Notes: generated by a model from the sequence alone, not told the origin. A stretch of DNA of 63,952 nucleotides, filler included, from Candidatus Woesearchaeota archaeon (GCA_047603125.1; 6 parts of 6 records of this genome joined end to end with filler, not necessarily neighbours in it); one strand, 5' to 3'. Shown: positions 40,025 through 49,932, counted from the first letter of the whole stretch. Program-made: numbers and translations.

Positions 40025-41857
40025 CTATTGAGGAAGGACTTCCACTTCCGTTCCAAAGAGCGTTTTCAAGTCCGAATATGTCTTACTTTTGATTGTAAAA
40101 TCCTTTGGCACAGTTTCTTGAACAAGCGCTTTTTCAAATTCTTGCACATTGCAAGAACTCACTTTGCCAAAACCCCCCGTCGGTGTGATGTGCGCTGTCA
40201 CATATTCACGTTCCTGAGCGAGAACGTCAAGAATGGCATATGCGAGTTGACCAAAAATAAACACTTCCCCAATTTTCTCGCCATACTTTACACGAATGCG
40301 TGTTTTTGCAAGATTCTTACTTTGTACTCGCTCTATGTACTCAACTAAAACTCGTAACAAACTATGAGATTCCATGCGAAGTTTTTCAATTTCAGATTTA
40401 TGCAATTTCTTTTTTTGCTTATAAGCATCAAAAATAAGCTCAATTTGACGTACCACATGAACCGGAAGTTTGTTTGAGCTCACAACTGTCTCTTTAAATA
40501 CATCAAGAAGTTTTTCGTCTTTAACTGATTTTACATTTTCAAGCGATAATATATCACGAATAACCGTGACGACTTGATCATATGTGTGCTCAATACTTTT
40601 TCCTAATTGTTGCTGTTCAATATCAGTAAATAATTTTCGAATACGCTTGAGAAATTTCGCACTGTCTTTTATACAACGGTCTATTTCTTTGACATCTACT
40701 TCTTTTTGCATGTCATGCTCTAATTCTTTTCGAAGTTGAATATTATTTTGTAAAATTTTTACATATTCGGGTTCAAGAAGCTTTTCTTCTTTCACAAAAA
40801 TTTTCTCCATAAGCTCAGCAGTCTCACGAGGAGTTGGAGGTGGTAAACCATATAGCATCAATGAGGCTTGCGCGGGATAAATAATGGAGTAATACGTATC
40901 TTCCATACCAATTTCTTTGAGCTTGAATTTTGTTCGCTCAAGCATTTGCTCACCCGTACTCATATACATGTCAATGGATTCCATGCTTGGTTTAATTTTT
41001 CCTAAACGAAGTAATTGTTTCCAGGGCATGAAAATTCCCCGATCATAAAACGGTACACCATCGCGTAAAAAAGTAAAGATTACAGGATTTGCTTCTTTAA
41101 TAGAATCCCAAAAATCAGTAAGAATGTATGTTTGAATTTGAAACTGACGAGAAATGCCCGTCATCTCGCTTGCTTGAGAAGCCATGCTTAAAATGATGCC
41201 ACGAAGTTTGTCTTTGAGCTCAACACGCGTCATTTTTTTCACATCAGTGTCGTCAATGACAATAAATACATCAATATCACTTTTCTCAGTTGAACGTCCT
41301 TGGACGAAACTTCCAGCCAAGACATAGCTCACAATGTACTTTTCAAATTTTTGTAAAACTAAGGCTTTATGCACCTCTGAGATTTTAATTGCTGAGAGCA
41401 TCCCCGTATCATAAACGGTTGCACCTGCTGCAATAATTTGTAAAATTTCTGTTTTGGAATCAAAACAATATTGCCACAATTCTGTATAAATAAGTGTTTG
41501 TGGATTCAGTCGAGAATCAATATTTTTTGCAATCTCTTTAATGACACCATCAAGTTTGTCTCGAAGCTCCAACTTGCTCATTTTTGTTGGCTCAGTGTCA
41601 TCGATAAGAACAAGGACGTTGATATTGTCTGATTGCTGCTGCTTATCAAACTCTTCTTGCGATTGTGGTTCAGGTTCGTGAATGTGTTCTATTGTTCTTC
41701 CTGGAGGAAGCAGTGATACGCCGGAAACATACCCTTCAAAGCGCTCCACTACCTTATCTTTAAACTTTTCAACAATTGCTTGAATTTGTTTGAGTTTCTC
41801 CGAAGAAATCTGATCCTGTTGTTGTGCAGGTTGCGTCTGTGTCTGTTCATCTGCCAT
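40025..41857 (-). CDS. Tandem nucleotidyltransferase domains plus HEPN-like domain
   Basis: Degenerate N-terminal NTase (INVLVLIDD), intact second copy (AGSF...SDIDVFIVIDD), RKELEH Rx4H motif. Confidence 0.8.
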   Translation of the reverse strand: MADEQTQTQPAQQQDQISSEKLKQIQAIVEKFKDKVVERFEGYVSGVSLLPPGRTIEHIHEPEPQSQEEFDKQQQSDNINVLVLIDDTEPTKMSKLELRDKLDGVIKEIAKNIDSRLNPQTLIYTELWQYCFDSKTEILQIIAAGATVYDTGMLSAIKISEVHKALVLQKFEKYIVSYVLAGSFVQGRSTEKSDIDVFIVIDDTDVKKMTRVELKDKLRGIILSMASQASEMTGISRQFQIQTYILTDFWDSIKEANPVIFTFLRDGVPFYDRGIFMPWKQLLRLGKIKPSMESIDMYMSTGEQMLERTKFKLKEIGMEDTYYSIIYPAQASLMLYGLPPPTPRETAELMEKIFVKEEKLLEPEYVKILQNNIQLRKELEHDMQKEVDVKEIDRCIKDSAKFLKRIRKLFTDIEQQQLGKSIEHTYDQVVTVIRDILSLENVKSVKDEKLLDVFKETVVSSNKLPVHVVRQIELIFDAYKQKKKLHKSEIEKLRMESHSLLRVLVEYIERVQSKNLAKTRIRVKYGEKIGEVFIFGQLAYAILDVLAQEREYVTAHITPTGGFGKVSSCNVQEFEKALVQETVPKDFTIKSKTYSDLKTLFGTEVEVLPQ

Positions 41858-41976
41858 GGTAAACTAGCATATGATATCGTTTATAAAGTTTATTGCCAAA
41901 ATTATGAAATAGTTTTTTCAGATAAAGGCATATACCCGTCGATACTTTTAAAAACAACTGTGTCCCATAAATTGGT

Positions 41977-42465
41977 ATGCCCAAAGATGATATTGGATTT
42001 GCACCACTACGATATCGTGGTTTATGCGATTTAGAAAAAATTTATAGGACTACTGTAAAGTGGATGAAACAAAATAATTTCAAAGTCTTTCAAAATTCTT
42101 ACAAAGATAAAGTTTCAGGCCCAGGTGTGAGTGAAATTGAAATAAAATTTGAATCGAAATTAAAAGTGGATGAATATCATCGTTGCTTGTTTAAATTTGT
42201 ACTCAAAACATGGGATACACAAAAAGTGCAAACTGAAGATGGAAAAATGCTCTATAATGGACGAATAGACATTAACATCAAAGGAAGCATTGAAACAGAC
42301 TGGCAAGGAGCCTATGATGGCAAGACCACGCTGCGAGATTTAATGGGCAAAGTCGTCTATAATTTGAAAAAAAACGATCCCGATCAATATTATGAAGATT
42401 GGTTTCGCGAGCGCATTTATGAATTACAAGAACAAATTAAACAGATTATAGGTATTCAAACATGA
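41977..42465 (+). CDS. Hypothetical protein, paralog 1 of 3
   Basis: 162 aa; LRYRGLCD...GRIDINIKG. Confidence 0.75.
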   Translation: MPKDDIGFAPLRYRGLCDLEKIYRTTVKWMKQNNFKVFQNSYKDKVSGPGVSEIEIKFESKLKVDEYHRCLFKFVLKTWDTQKVQTEDGKMLYNGRIDINIKGSIETDWQGAYDGKTTLRDLMGKVVYNLKKNDPDQYYEDWFRERIYELQEQIKQIIGIQT

Positions 42466-42953
42466 GTGAGAAAAAAGTACTTGTTCCCCACATGCAACTC
42501 ACGCATAAGGGCACACTGGACTGTAACAGCATAGAGCACACGATACTAAAATCTCTAAAAAAAAGAGATTATCAACTTGATGACCAGTCTTATGATATAG
42601 AACAGACCCCAGATGGACTAAATCAAGCAATCACCTACACGTTTGTAAAACAAGACACAAAATATGGTATTTCTAAAATAACAATCACAAGTTCATTTAC
42701 GCATCTCAAACCCGTCGTATTAAAAACGGATGTCCAAACGACATTATTTTCAGGAGAATTCACATTAACATTTAAAGGACAAACCATTACAGAACATGAA
42801 GGAAGAATTGCACATAAACCATGGCTTTATTTTGAAAAAATGATTTTAAGTAAATTCGTCTCACGATCTTTTTTTCCAAGACCTGGAACGGACATTGCAG
42901 ATACAATTTTTGATACAAAAAAACAAGTGGAGCATTTACTAAAACATGAGTGA
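42462..42953 (+). CDS. Hypothetical protein, paralog 2 of 3
   Basis: 163 aa; LTHKGTLD...GEFTLTFKG; ATGA overlap with the previous gene. Confidence 0.75.
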   Translation: MSEKKVLVPHMQLTHKGTLDCNSIEHTILKSLKKRDYQLDDQSYDIEQTPDGLNQAITYTFVKQDTKYGISKITITSSFTHLKPVVLKTDVQTTLFSGEFTLTFKGQTITEHEGRIAHKPWLYFEKMILSKFVSRSFFPRPGTDIADTIFDTKKQVEHLLKHE

Positions 42954-43443
42954 AGAATTTCGCATAAATGAACGAGAACTTTCTTTTACAGGGTATTTTC
43001 ACATTAAAGAAATTAAAAAAATAATAGAAACACATATTGCTCAAAAAGGATATGATAAGCAAGAGATTGTTCATGAAGTTCAGCACAGAAAAGACGGCAA
43101 TTACACGTTTATCAAATTATATCCCATACGCCGTTTTACTGATGAGGAAACCTTTACACTCGAGCTCACCTATGGCTTTGGTAGTATTACCCAAGAAAAA
43201 TTAAAAGGAACAGTTTATGATAAAGGAACATTTTTTATTTCGATGGGAGGCACGCTCGATGTGGATACCGCAGGCAAATGGTCTTCATTTTATGATGGAC
43301 TCGGGCTGCTTATTCGTTTTATAGGAAATATGTTTGTATTCAAAGAACATCATCAAAGCCTCATTGACGATTGCAAACAAGACAGGGATGAGCTCTATCA
43401 AGCACTTCTGAGTTATTGTAATGGGCAAAAAATAAACCGATAA
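42946..43443 (+). CDS. Hypothetical protein, paralog 3 of 3
   Basis: 165 aa; LSFTGYFH...GTFFISMGG; 8-nt overlap with the previous gene. Confidence 0.75.
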   Translation: MSEEFRINERELSFTGYFHIKEIKKIIETHIAQKGYDKQEIVHEVQHRKDGNYTFIKLYPIRRFTDEETFTLELTYGFGSITQEKLKGTVYDKGTFFISMGGTLDVDTAGKWSSFYDGLGLLIRFIGNMFVFKEHHQSLIDDCKQDRDELYQALLSYCNGQKINR

Positions 43444-43477
43444 CCATTTAAATACCTGTTTTTGCCTCAACACCTAT

Positions 43478-43562
43478 GCACGGGTAACAAAGTCTGGTCA
43501 AATGTGCAGGACTTAAGATCCTGTGGCGTACGCCTTCGTGGGTTCAAATCCCTCCCCGTGCA
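43478..43562 (+). tRNA. tRNA-Leu (TAA)
   Basis: GCACGGG/CCCGTGC acceptor, CAGGA-CTTAAGA-TCCTG anticodon arm, long variable arm, GTTCAAATC T loop. Confidence 0.93.
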
Positions 43563-43569
43563 CTTTTTC

Positions 43570-44259
43570 TTAGCCATTATGTGCTAAATAATAGCAAAAA
43601 TAGAGACTTGTTGCGCTTATCATAAATGTTGTATAAAAAATTAGAAACACAATTTGTGAAAGATAAAATAAAAGAACAAAATGCACACCAATTATGAGAA
43701 AAAAGACAAATGCCATTATTTGTAATTTCCAAAAATGTCTTGCCCATGCGAATTTAACTGCACAACTAAATGAACTTGTTTTCATAAGACCAGCTAAAAA
43801 CGCAAATAAATAGCTACAAAGAGCATACACCAGTCCTGCAAATACTCCATACACTAGAAATAATGCGCCTCTGGCTAGTATATTGGAAGCATATGCGATT
43901 AAAAAAGGGATAACTAACAATACTTGCAATACTATGAGCAAAATTAATGGAAGTAAGAGCACAAACCCTACAAAAACACTCAAAGAAAAAAGCATGTTCC
44001 AATATGAGGTTTTTACAAATTTCTCCTGAGCTATTTTTTGAAAAATAAACGCACTCAAAAATGTAACAAGTGCAATTGTTACTAAAAAAAGCATCATAAA
44101 TTGATTTTGTGCACTCACTGAAGGCTCAAGTGAAAGCATGACTTCTTGTGATGCCGGTAGAATATATACAAATGTTTGCCAACCTGCAAGTAGGGCAAAA
44201 AACCACCAACATTTCTCAAAAATATAAACTACTTGTTCGTATATACTTGTACTCATCAA
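43570..44259 (-). CDS. Multi-pass membrane protein
   Basis: About 6 TM segments. Confidence 0.7.
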   Translation of the reverse strand: MMSTSIYEQVVYIFEKCWWFFALLAGWQTFVYILPASQEVMLSLEPSVSAQNQFMMLFLVTIALVTFLSAFIFQKIAQEKFVKTSYWNMLFSLSVFVGFVLLLPLILLIVLQVLLVIPFLIAYASNILARGALFLVYGVFAGLVYALCSYLFAFLAGLMKTSSFSCAVKFAWARHFWKLQIMAFVFFLIIGVHFVLLFYLSQIVFLIFYTTFMISATSLYFCYYLAHNG

Positions 44260-44316
44260 TGCTTATGCAGGTTTCATCATTTATAAGTGTTGAGGAACTT
44301 TCGTTTTTGATAATAC

Positions 44317-44412
44317 ATTATAATGCGGCGATTTTTGAACAGCGGTTCATCTTGCGAATTTCTCCGGTGCCAAGCTTCGCGAAATCCTGATTATGCGTCA
44401 AGGCATTATAAT
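44317..44412 (+). repeat. Structured intergenic element, full copy (96 nt)
   Basis: ATTATAATGC-GGCG...CGTC-AAG-GCATTATAAT. Confidence 0.9.
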
Positions 44413-44475
44413 TTGTTACTGTTTAAAACCACTTTTATCTGTGATTCATACTACAAGTAATATCAATAATGCTCC

Positions 44476-45666
44476 CTACCTACCAATCCATTTTTTTCGC
44501 AGTTCTAAAAATGTACCATCATGTATAGATTGTCGAATAGTACGCATCAATTCTTGCATAAAATGAACATTATGTATTGTTGCAAGTTTGTGATAGGAAA
44601 GATCTTTAATTCTATGCAAATGTCGTAAATATGCCCGCGAGTATTTTTGACAAACAATACAAGAACAATTTGAGTCAATTGGTCCCATATCAGATTTATA
44701 TTTTGAACCATCAATATTTATATGAAATTTGTTTTTCACAGAACCACCATTTTCTGGACTCACATATAGACTTCCTCGTCGTGCATTTCTTGTTGGCGAT
44801 ACACAATCAAAGGTATCTACGCCCATGCTCACCCCATCAAAAATATTTTCAACATCACCAATTCCTAATAAATGTCTTGGCCGATCATCTAATAGCGGTG
44901 TAATCCAACTGAGCACTGTTTGAAAATCATTGACTTTTTCTGTGCCAAATGATCCTCCTATTGCAATTCCCTCAAATGGTTGTGAGAGTACAAACCGAGT
45001 TGATTCTTCTCGTAAATCCCTGTGCTCGCCACCTTGAATGATTCCATAAAGTGCTTGTTTAGGATCTTTATGTTTGAGCGACTCCAACTCCCAACGATGT
45101 GTTCGTTTCAACGATTCTTTAGCATATTCATAACTCACTCCTGGTGGCGTACATTCATCAAAAGCCATAATCATTTCACTTCCAATGACTGATTGTATAT
45201 GCATGGACTCTTTGGGACCGAAAAAATGCCACGTACCATCATACACAGATTTAAAATGAATGCCATCTTCAGTTAATTTGGCATGTTGGTCAACTTGTTT
45301 TTGTGTTGTTTTTTGTGTCGAACCAAATTTACTAATCATTTGATTCATTCCAAGACCAAGAGAAAATGCCTGAAAGCCTCCCGAATCAGAAAAGAAAGGT
45401 TTATCAAAATTCATAAAGCCTTGGATACCTCCTGCTTTTTTTAATACTTCAAGACCGGGACGCAAGAAGAGGTGATAGGTATTTGTCAATGCACACTCTA
45501 ATTGAAGGTTCTCTAAATCTTGACTATCCAGTCCTCGTAGAGAACCACGCGTTGCAACACTGACAAAATGTGGTGTTTGTATTGTACCACGACGAGTTTT
45601 TATCAGACCTACCCGAGCAGCAGTCTGTGAATCTGTTTTTTGTATATCAAAGGAAAACTGAGCCAT
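44476..45666 (-). CDS. tgt: tRNA-guanine transglycosylase, bacterial/queuine type
   Basis: NTYHL, DSGGFQ, FDEC, QGG, HLLGIG, DTFDCV, CSCIVC...HN zinc site; no PUA extension. Confidence 0.93.
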   Translation of the reverse strand: MAQFSFDIQKTDSQTAARVGLIKTRRGTIQTPHFVSVATRGSLRGLDSQDLENLQLECALTNTYHLFLRPGLEVLKKAGGIQGFMNFDKPFFSDSGGFQAFSLGLGMNQMISKFGSTQKTTQKQVDQHAKLTEDGIHFKSVYDGTWHFFGPKESMHIQSVIGSEMIMAFDECTPPGVSYEYAKESLKRTHRWELESLKHKDPKQALYGIIQGGEHRDLREESTRFVLSQPFEGIAIGGSFGTEKVNDFQTVLSWITPLLDDRPRHLLGIGDVENIFDGVSMGVDTFDCVSPTRNARRGSLYVSPENGGSVKNKFHINIDGSKYKSDMGPIDSNCSCIVCQKYSRAYLRHLHRIKDLSYHKLATIHNVHFMQELMRTIRQSIHDGTFLELRKKWIGR

Positions 45667-45758
45667 TTGGATAAGCAAAGCCCTTCTTTTTAAAAGATTT
45701 ACTCGAATTTTCGCAATGTTTAAAAAGAAACTCCAACGCCGTGCTCATTGGTGATGAT

Positions 45759-46514
45759 ATGACATCAAAAACAAAACATGAAAATACTACGCATCATTCA
45801 ACAAGACGCGTAGAAAACACAAATCAAAACAATCCAATGATGTGGATTGCGGTCGTTCAAACCGTTCTTTTATTTGTGGTCGTTCTTCAATTAGGAATGC
45901 TTGAAGTAGGAACAAGTGCACCCGCACAACAACCTGCACCAGCTCCACAGCCTGCCCCACAACCTGGCGAGCAGCAACCCGGACAACCACAAGAAATTGA
46001 TATGGAATCATTGCTCACACCTACTAGTAGAATTATTGGTGATAGTGATGCACCTGTGACCATAATTGAATATTCTGACTTTCGATGTGGCTTTTGTGCA
46101 AGATTTCATTCCGAAACATATGAACTGCTAAAAGAAGAATACATTGACACAGGAATTGTTCGCTTTGTCTATAAAGACTTTCCAGTTGTCGGCGGTCAAG
46201 AGGCAGCAGAAGCAGCATGGTGTGCGCAGGAGCAAGGTCAATTCTGGGAATACCATGATTTGGTTTTTGAAAACCATCAATCAATCTCGAATGCAAATCT
46301 AAAATCATGGGCGGCTCAACTTGGCTTAGATACAGCACAGTTCAATGAATGTCTTGATTCAGGCCAGTATGAAGAGCGTGTATTAAGCGAAGCTATTGTT
46401 GCAAGAGATTTAGGCGTACAAGGAACTCCAACTTTTATCATTAACGGAGAAATTCTTGTCGGCGCTCAACCATTTGCGGCATTTGAACAAGCTATTGCAG
46501 CTGCTTCAAATTAA
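45759..46514 (+). CDS. Membrane-anchored DsbA family protein
   Basis: TM helix, PAPQ repeat linker, EYSDFRCGFC, GTPTF; GGTGA SD. Confidence 0.92.
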   Translation: MTSKTKHENTTHHSTRRVENTNQNNPMMWIAVVQTVLLFVVVLQLGMLEVGTSAPAQQPAPAPQPAPQPGEQQPGQPQEIDMESLLTPTSRIIGDSDAPVTIIEYSDFRCGFCARFHSETYELLKEEYIDTGIVRFVYKDFPVVGGQEAAEAAWCAQEQGQFWEYHDLVFENHQSISNANLKSWAAQLGLDTAQFNECLDSGQYEERVLSEAIVARDLGVQGTPTFIINGEILVGAQPFAAFEQAIAAASN

Positions 46515-47358
46515 GGCATTGAGTAACTAACCCATGGGGCGTAAAAAAATGCCCTGTTTTTTTTATTCTTTCAAATTTATCCGGCCATTGTGTCGGATTA
46601 TTTTTTATTGCTTGAATGTGATGCGACTCGTATTGATAAACAACGGGCAAGTGTTTTTCTAAATATGCCTGTAATTGTGAAATTGTTTGAATATGCTTTT
46701 GTTTTGCAAGAATGCAAAGTCGACTTGCTTGCTCCAGCTCCTCTGTTTTTTGCTCAAAGCTATACCACGCAAATTTCTTTTGTAAAAACAGACTCATTCT
46801 TCCCGGTGTGAGTTCTTGTTCACTTCCTTGTTTTTGTACATATAACCGTTTTATTTCTATAAACTCCTCCTCAATTAAATCTAACATTGCATTCAATGCT
46901 TGCATTTTTTTCTGCGTCTTCTCATCCACACCTATTTTTTTATAATTAACATGATGTTCCATATTCGCCCATGCATCATGGAGCGCCGTGCGTATTTGAA
47001 TTTCAACTTTCATATCACAAAAATGAACGATGCAGTGATGCGCCGTATAATTAAATGAACCCGATGTATGTTCGAGTTGATGGTCTATTGCGAACTCTTG
47101 TTCGATTTTTTTTCGTATTCTCTCAATATCATCACCAAATAAACACACAATTCGTGCGCCAACAATATCCGTACATTGGACAAAGGGTTGTTGATATTTT
47201 TTTTGCTTGACTTTTGCCAGAAACGAAGATTGTTCTTTTACACGAACATGTATATAAGAAAGTGCTACATCACCAAAACAAGAACGGAGCTTTTGCTCCA
47301 ATTGCCTTGCGACTTTTTCAAATACTGCCCTTTGTTTTTGATATTGTTGCTCAAGCAT
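46492..47358 (-). CDS. RelA/SpoT-domain small alarmone synthetase-like protein
   Basis: RVKEQSSFLAK, DIVGARI, YTAHH, EIQIRT..HDAWANMEH motifs. Confidence 0.88.
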   Translation of the reverse strand: MLEQQYQKQRAVFEKVARQLEQKLRSCFGDVALSYIHVRVKEQSSFLAKVKQKKYQQPFVQCTDIVGARIVCLFGDDIERIRKKIEQEFAIDHQLEHTSGSFNYTAHHCIVHFCDMKVEIQIRTALHDAWANMEHHVNYKKIGVDEKTQKKMQALNAMLDLIEEEFIEIKRLYVQKQGSEQELTPGRMSLFLQKKFAWYSFEQKTEELEQASRLCILAKQKHIQTISQLQAYLEKHLPVVYQYESHHIQAIKNNPTQWPDKFERIKKTGHFFTPHGLVTQCLNLKQLQ

Positions 47359-47395
47359 AGTTTTGCAAGCTCATCTCCAATTAAAAATATATCGC

Positions 47396-49033
47396 TTATG
47401 AATTGAGTGCTTGGGATAAATGCACAAAATAGGGGTGTGCTTGCTCTTTTGCAAGGCGCTGGATGATAAGCTCAGGAGTACTTTTTGCCAGACGTCCAAT
47501 TACAGGATTATGATCGACAATGAGTTTATTCTGCTCATCTAATCCCTTCGCTTCTATGCCATCTATACGGATTGAGGCGTGCGATGTAAACACATTTCCT
47601 AAATGAGATGCAAGCACCAAATGTGCTCCTTGCTTTGAGAAAAAATCCATCGTTTTTGCAATAATAACACTTGCAACACTTGGCTCTGTCACAGATTCCA
47701 ACTCATCAGCTAAAATAAGAGCATTTTTAGGATTTACTTTTGATAACTGTGAGAGCATCGTCTCAAAAGCCCCTTTTTGTGTGCTTCCTTTAGATTTTGC
47801 AAAATAATAAATCGCCTCATAATCAGGAATACTTTTTGCACCACTCACAGGAAACCCCATTTTATGCAAAATGACTGATTGAATAATATGCTCTAAAAGC
47901 GTTGTCTTTCCCCCACTATTTGCACCTGTTAATACGATGCTCGCATGTTCTTTTCCAAAATGATACGTAATTGGTTGCGGATTATCTAAAAGAAGATTCT
48001 TTGACTTCTCAACTAAAAAAGCATTAGTTGTTTGTGCATACTGTCCTTCTTGTCGTTTCATATACGAACAGATAATATTTTGCGCATCTTGTATGAGTAA
48101 TGCATGTTCATACTCCTTGAGGAGTTTTGGTATTTTAACTATACTTTCTTTTTGCAAGAGTATTTGTTTTACTAAACCACTAAATGCTTGCTCACGTATT
48201 GTTCGCTCATAAAGCGCCCATTCTTTTTCATTTATTCGTATTGGATATGTGAGTGAAAATAATTTCGTTGGTAACTGGCTTTGCTGTATGACCGAGTCAA
48301 TTGCAACAACGACTTGGTCGGGAAGTTTTTGTAAATTTACTGCATCTAATAAAACTCTTGCTGAAAATTGTTGTGAATGAAGCGTTTGATCAAGAATTTC
48401 TTGTAAACGCACACACTCTTGTTCAATATCTGGGATTTGAACATTTACTGGTTGAAGTAATGAACAAAGAGCTTCTAACTCTTTTTGTTCAAAGACTTCA
48501 AGTAATGGACGGTATGAGGATAAACGGCACAGTTGTGCTTCGAGCAATAATTCTTGCGTATTTTTTACTTCATGTGCATTTGCAAGCTGACCTACTTCAT
48601 AACAAAAGGTATCACATTCTATATACCGTACGACATCTGCTCGAATATGCTCAACATCACTTGCTTTTGTAATAAGTTCGCAGTACAGATGATGTTGCTT
48701 GCAAAATTCATACACCTCGTGAGACTCTGTAACAATGACCAAATCATAAGGAATATTCCAAGTTGGTTTTGCAGGCCGACAATTTGGTATTGGTCTATAG
48801 TGTGCATTTTTTGCAAATAACCGCTTCTCTTCTATTGAAGTTTGAGAAGTTAATAAGTTCGAAAAAATATGCATAGAAGCAGAAAACTGAGAAAATGAAC
48901 GCAAAAGTGAAAAAATATTTTTGGAAACTGTTTTTGCATAGCGAGTTTGTAAAAAAGGGGCATCACTGGATGCACCCGTTGTTTGAAGACTCACGTCTTG
49001 TTGTTGCAAATAATCAGTTAATTGTTCAATCAT
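47396..49033 (-). CDS. MutS-family ATPase (domain V; archaeal MutS2/MutS5-like)
   Basis: LTGANSGGKTT, GAFE, ILADELESVTEP, ASH motifs; no mismatch-binding domain seen. Confidence 0.85.
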   Translation of the reverse strand: MIEQLTDYLQQQDVSLQTTGASSDAPFLQTRYAKTVSKNIFSLLRSFSQFSASMHIFSNLLTSQTSIEEKRLFAKNAHYRPIPNCRPAKPTWNIPYDLVIVTESHEVYEFCKQHHLYCELITKASDVEHIRADVVRYIECDTFCYEVGQLANAHEVKNTQELLLEAQLCRLSSYRPLLEVFEQKELEALCSLLQPVNVQIPDIEQECVRLQEILDQTLHSQQFSARVLLDAVNLQKLPDQVVVAIDSVIQQSQLPTKLFSLTYPIRINEKEWALYERTIREQAFSGLVKQILLQKESIVKIPKLLKEYEHALLIQDAQNIICSYMKRQEGQYAQTTNAFLVEKSKNLLLDNPQPITYHFGKEHASIVLTGANSGGKTTLLEHIIQSVILHKMGFPVSGAKSIPDYEAIYYFAKSKGSTQKGAFETMLSQLSKVNPKNALILADELESVTEPSVASVIIAKTMDFFSKQGAHLVLASHLGNVFTSHASIRIDGIEAKGLDEQNKLIVDHNPVIGRLAKSTPELIIQRLAKEQAHPYFVHLSQALNS

Positions 49034-49232
49034 ATACTTTTTTAACCAGCTCGCCTTTAAATATCCTTTTTGCAGACTTGTCCAGTGGTGAGTGCAGGAT
49101 ACCCTTTAATACATAGGATATTGTAGGCTACTATACTTTAAGAAGTATAAACGTCTCCCTTTCGAAAGGTATTAAAATGATTCGCATTTCCCTCAATAAC
49201 GAAATATCGACTACAGAATTTCATATAAGATA

Positions 49233-49646
49233 ATGAAACGACTTTACGTAACAACTGATGCATTAGAAGCAAAAACACTGATTGAGGGTGCTGATCTAGA
49301 ACCCAAATTCAAATACTATAATTTTGACTCTCAACATGGGGAGCATTTAGTTAAAATACTCGGTTTTAATCCCATGTGTTCAGTAGAACTAGATGAAAAT
49401 ATTTCTGCAAGAGAATTAGATGTTCTTGCAACAAAATTAGTTAAAGAAGGACTTCTGGTTACAACAGAGACCGATGAACGAGTACAAAAATATGTTCCTT
49501 GCGATATAACATTTAGAAATACACTTGTCAAAATATCATTATATGAAATAAAAGAGAAACGAATTTTTGAGAATCCAAGTGGAGCTATTTTAAGATATTC
49601 CAATAATCCTAATACTATTCAAACATTTTACAATTCTTACTATTAA
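49233..49646 (+). CDS. Hypothetical protein
   Basis: 137-aa ORF. Confidence 0.55.
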   Translation: MKRLYVTTDALEAKTLIEGADLEPKFKYYNFDSQHGEHLVKILGFNPMCSVELDENISARELDVLATKLVKEGLLVTTETDERVQKYVPCDITFRNTLVKISLYEIKEKRIFENPSGAILRYSNNPNTIQTFYNSYY

Positions 49647-49932
49647 TCATATATTCCAAAAAAAAAAAATATAAAAACACAAGATTAACCTAAAATCAGT
49701 ATTTAAAAAAGAAAACCAGAAACAAGTGCTGTGTCAGATAAACCAGTACCAGTTTAGAAAAAATCCAACAAAAAACTTACTTTTAAGAAAAGAATGGCAT
49801 TTCATCTAGCAGAAAGCTTTGCTTCGAGTGTATTTTTTCATACGCTCATAGTTCGAAAACTTCATTTTTGCTTCGTTAAAGCAATTTTCTTCTTTGTGAC
49901 TCTTTACGCATTCGCCAAAACAGCGTTTAACT

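Noticed and set aside
9937..44412. CRISPR array or classical MITE/IS
   Set aside because: No regularly spaced repeats, cas or transposase genes; terminal sequences are not conserved between copies and no consistent target duplication is visible
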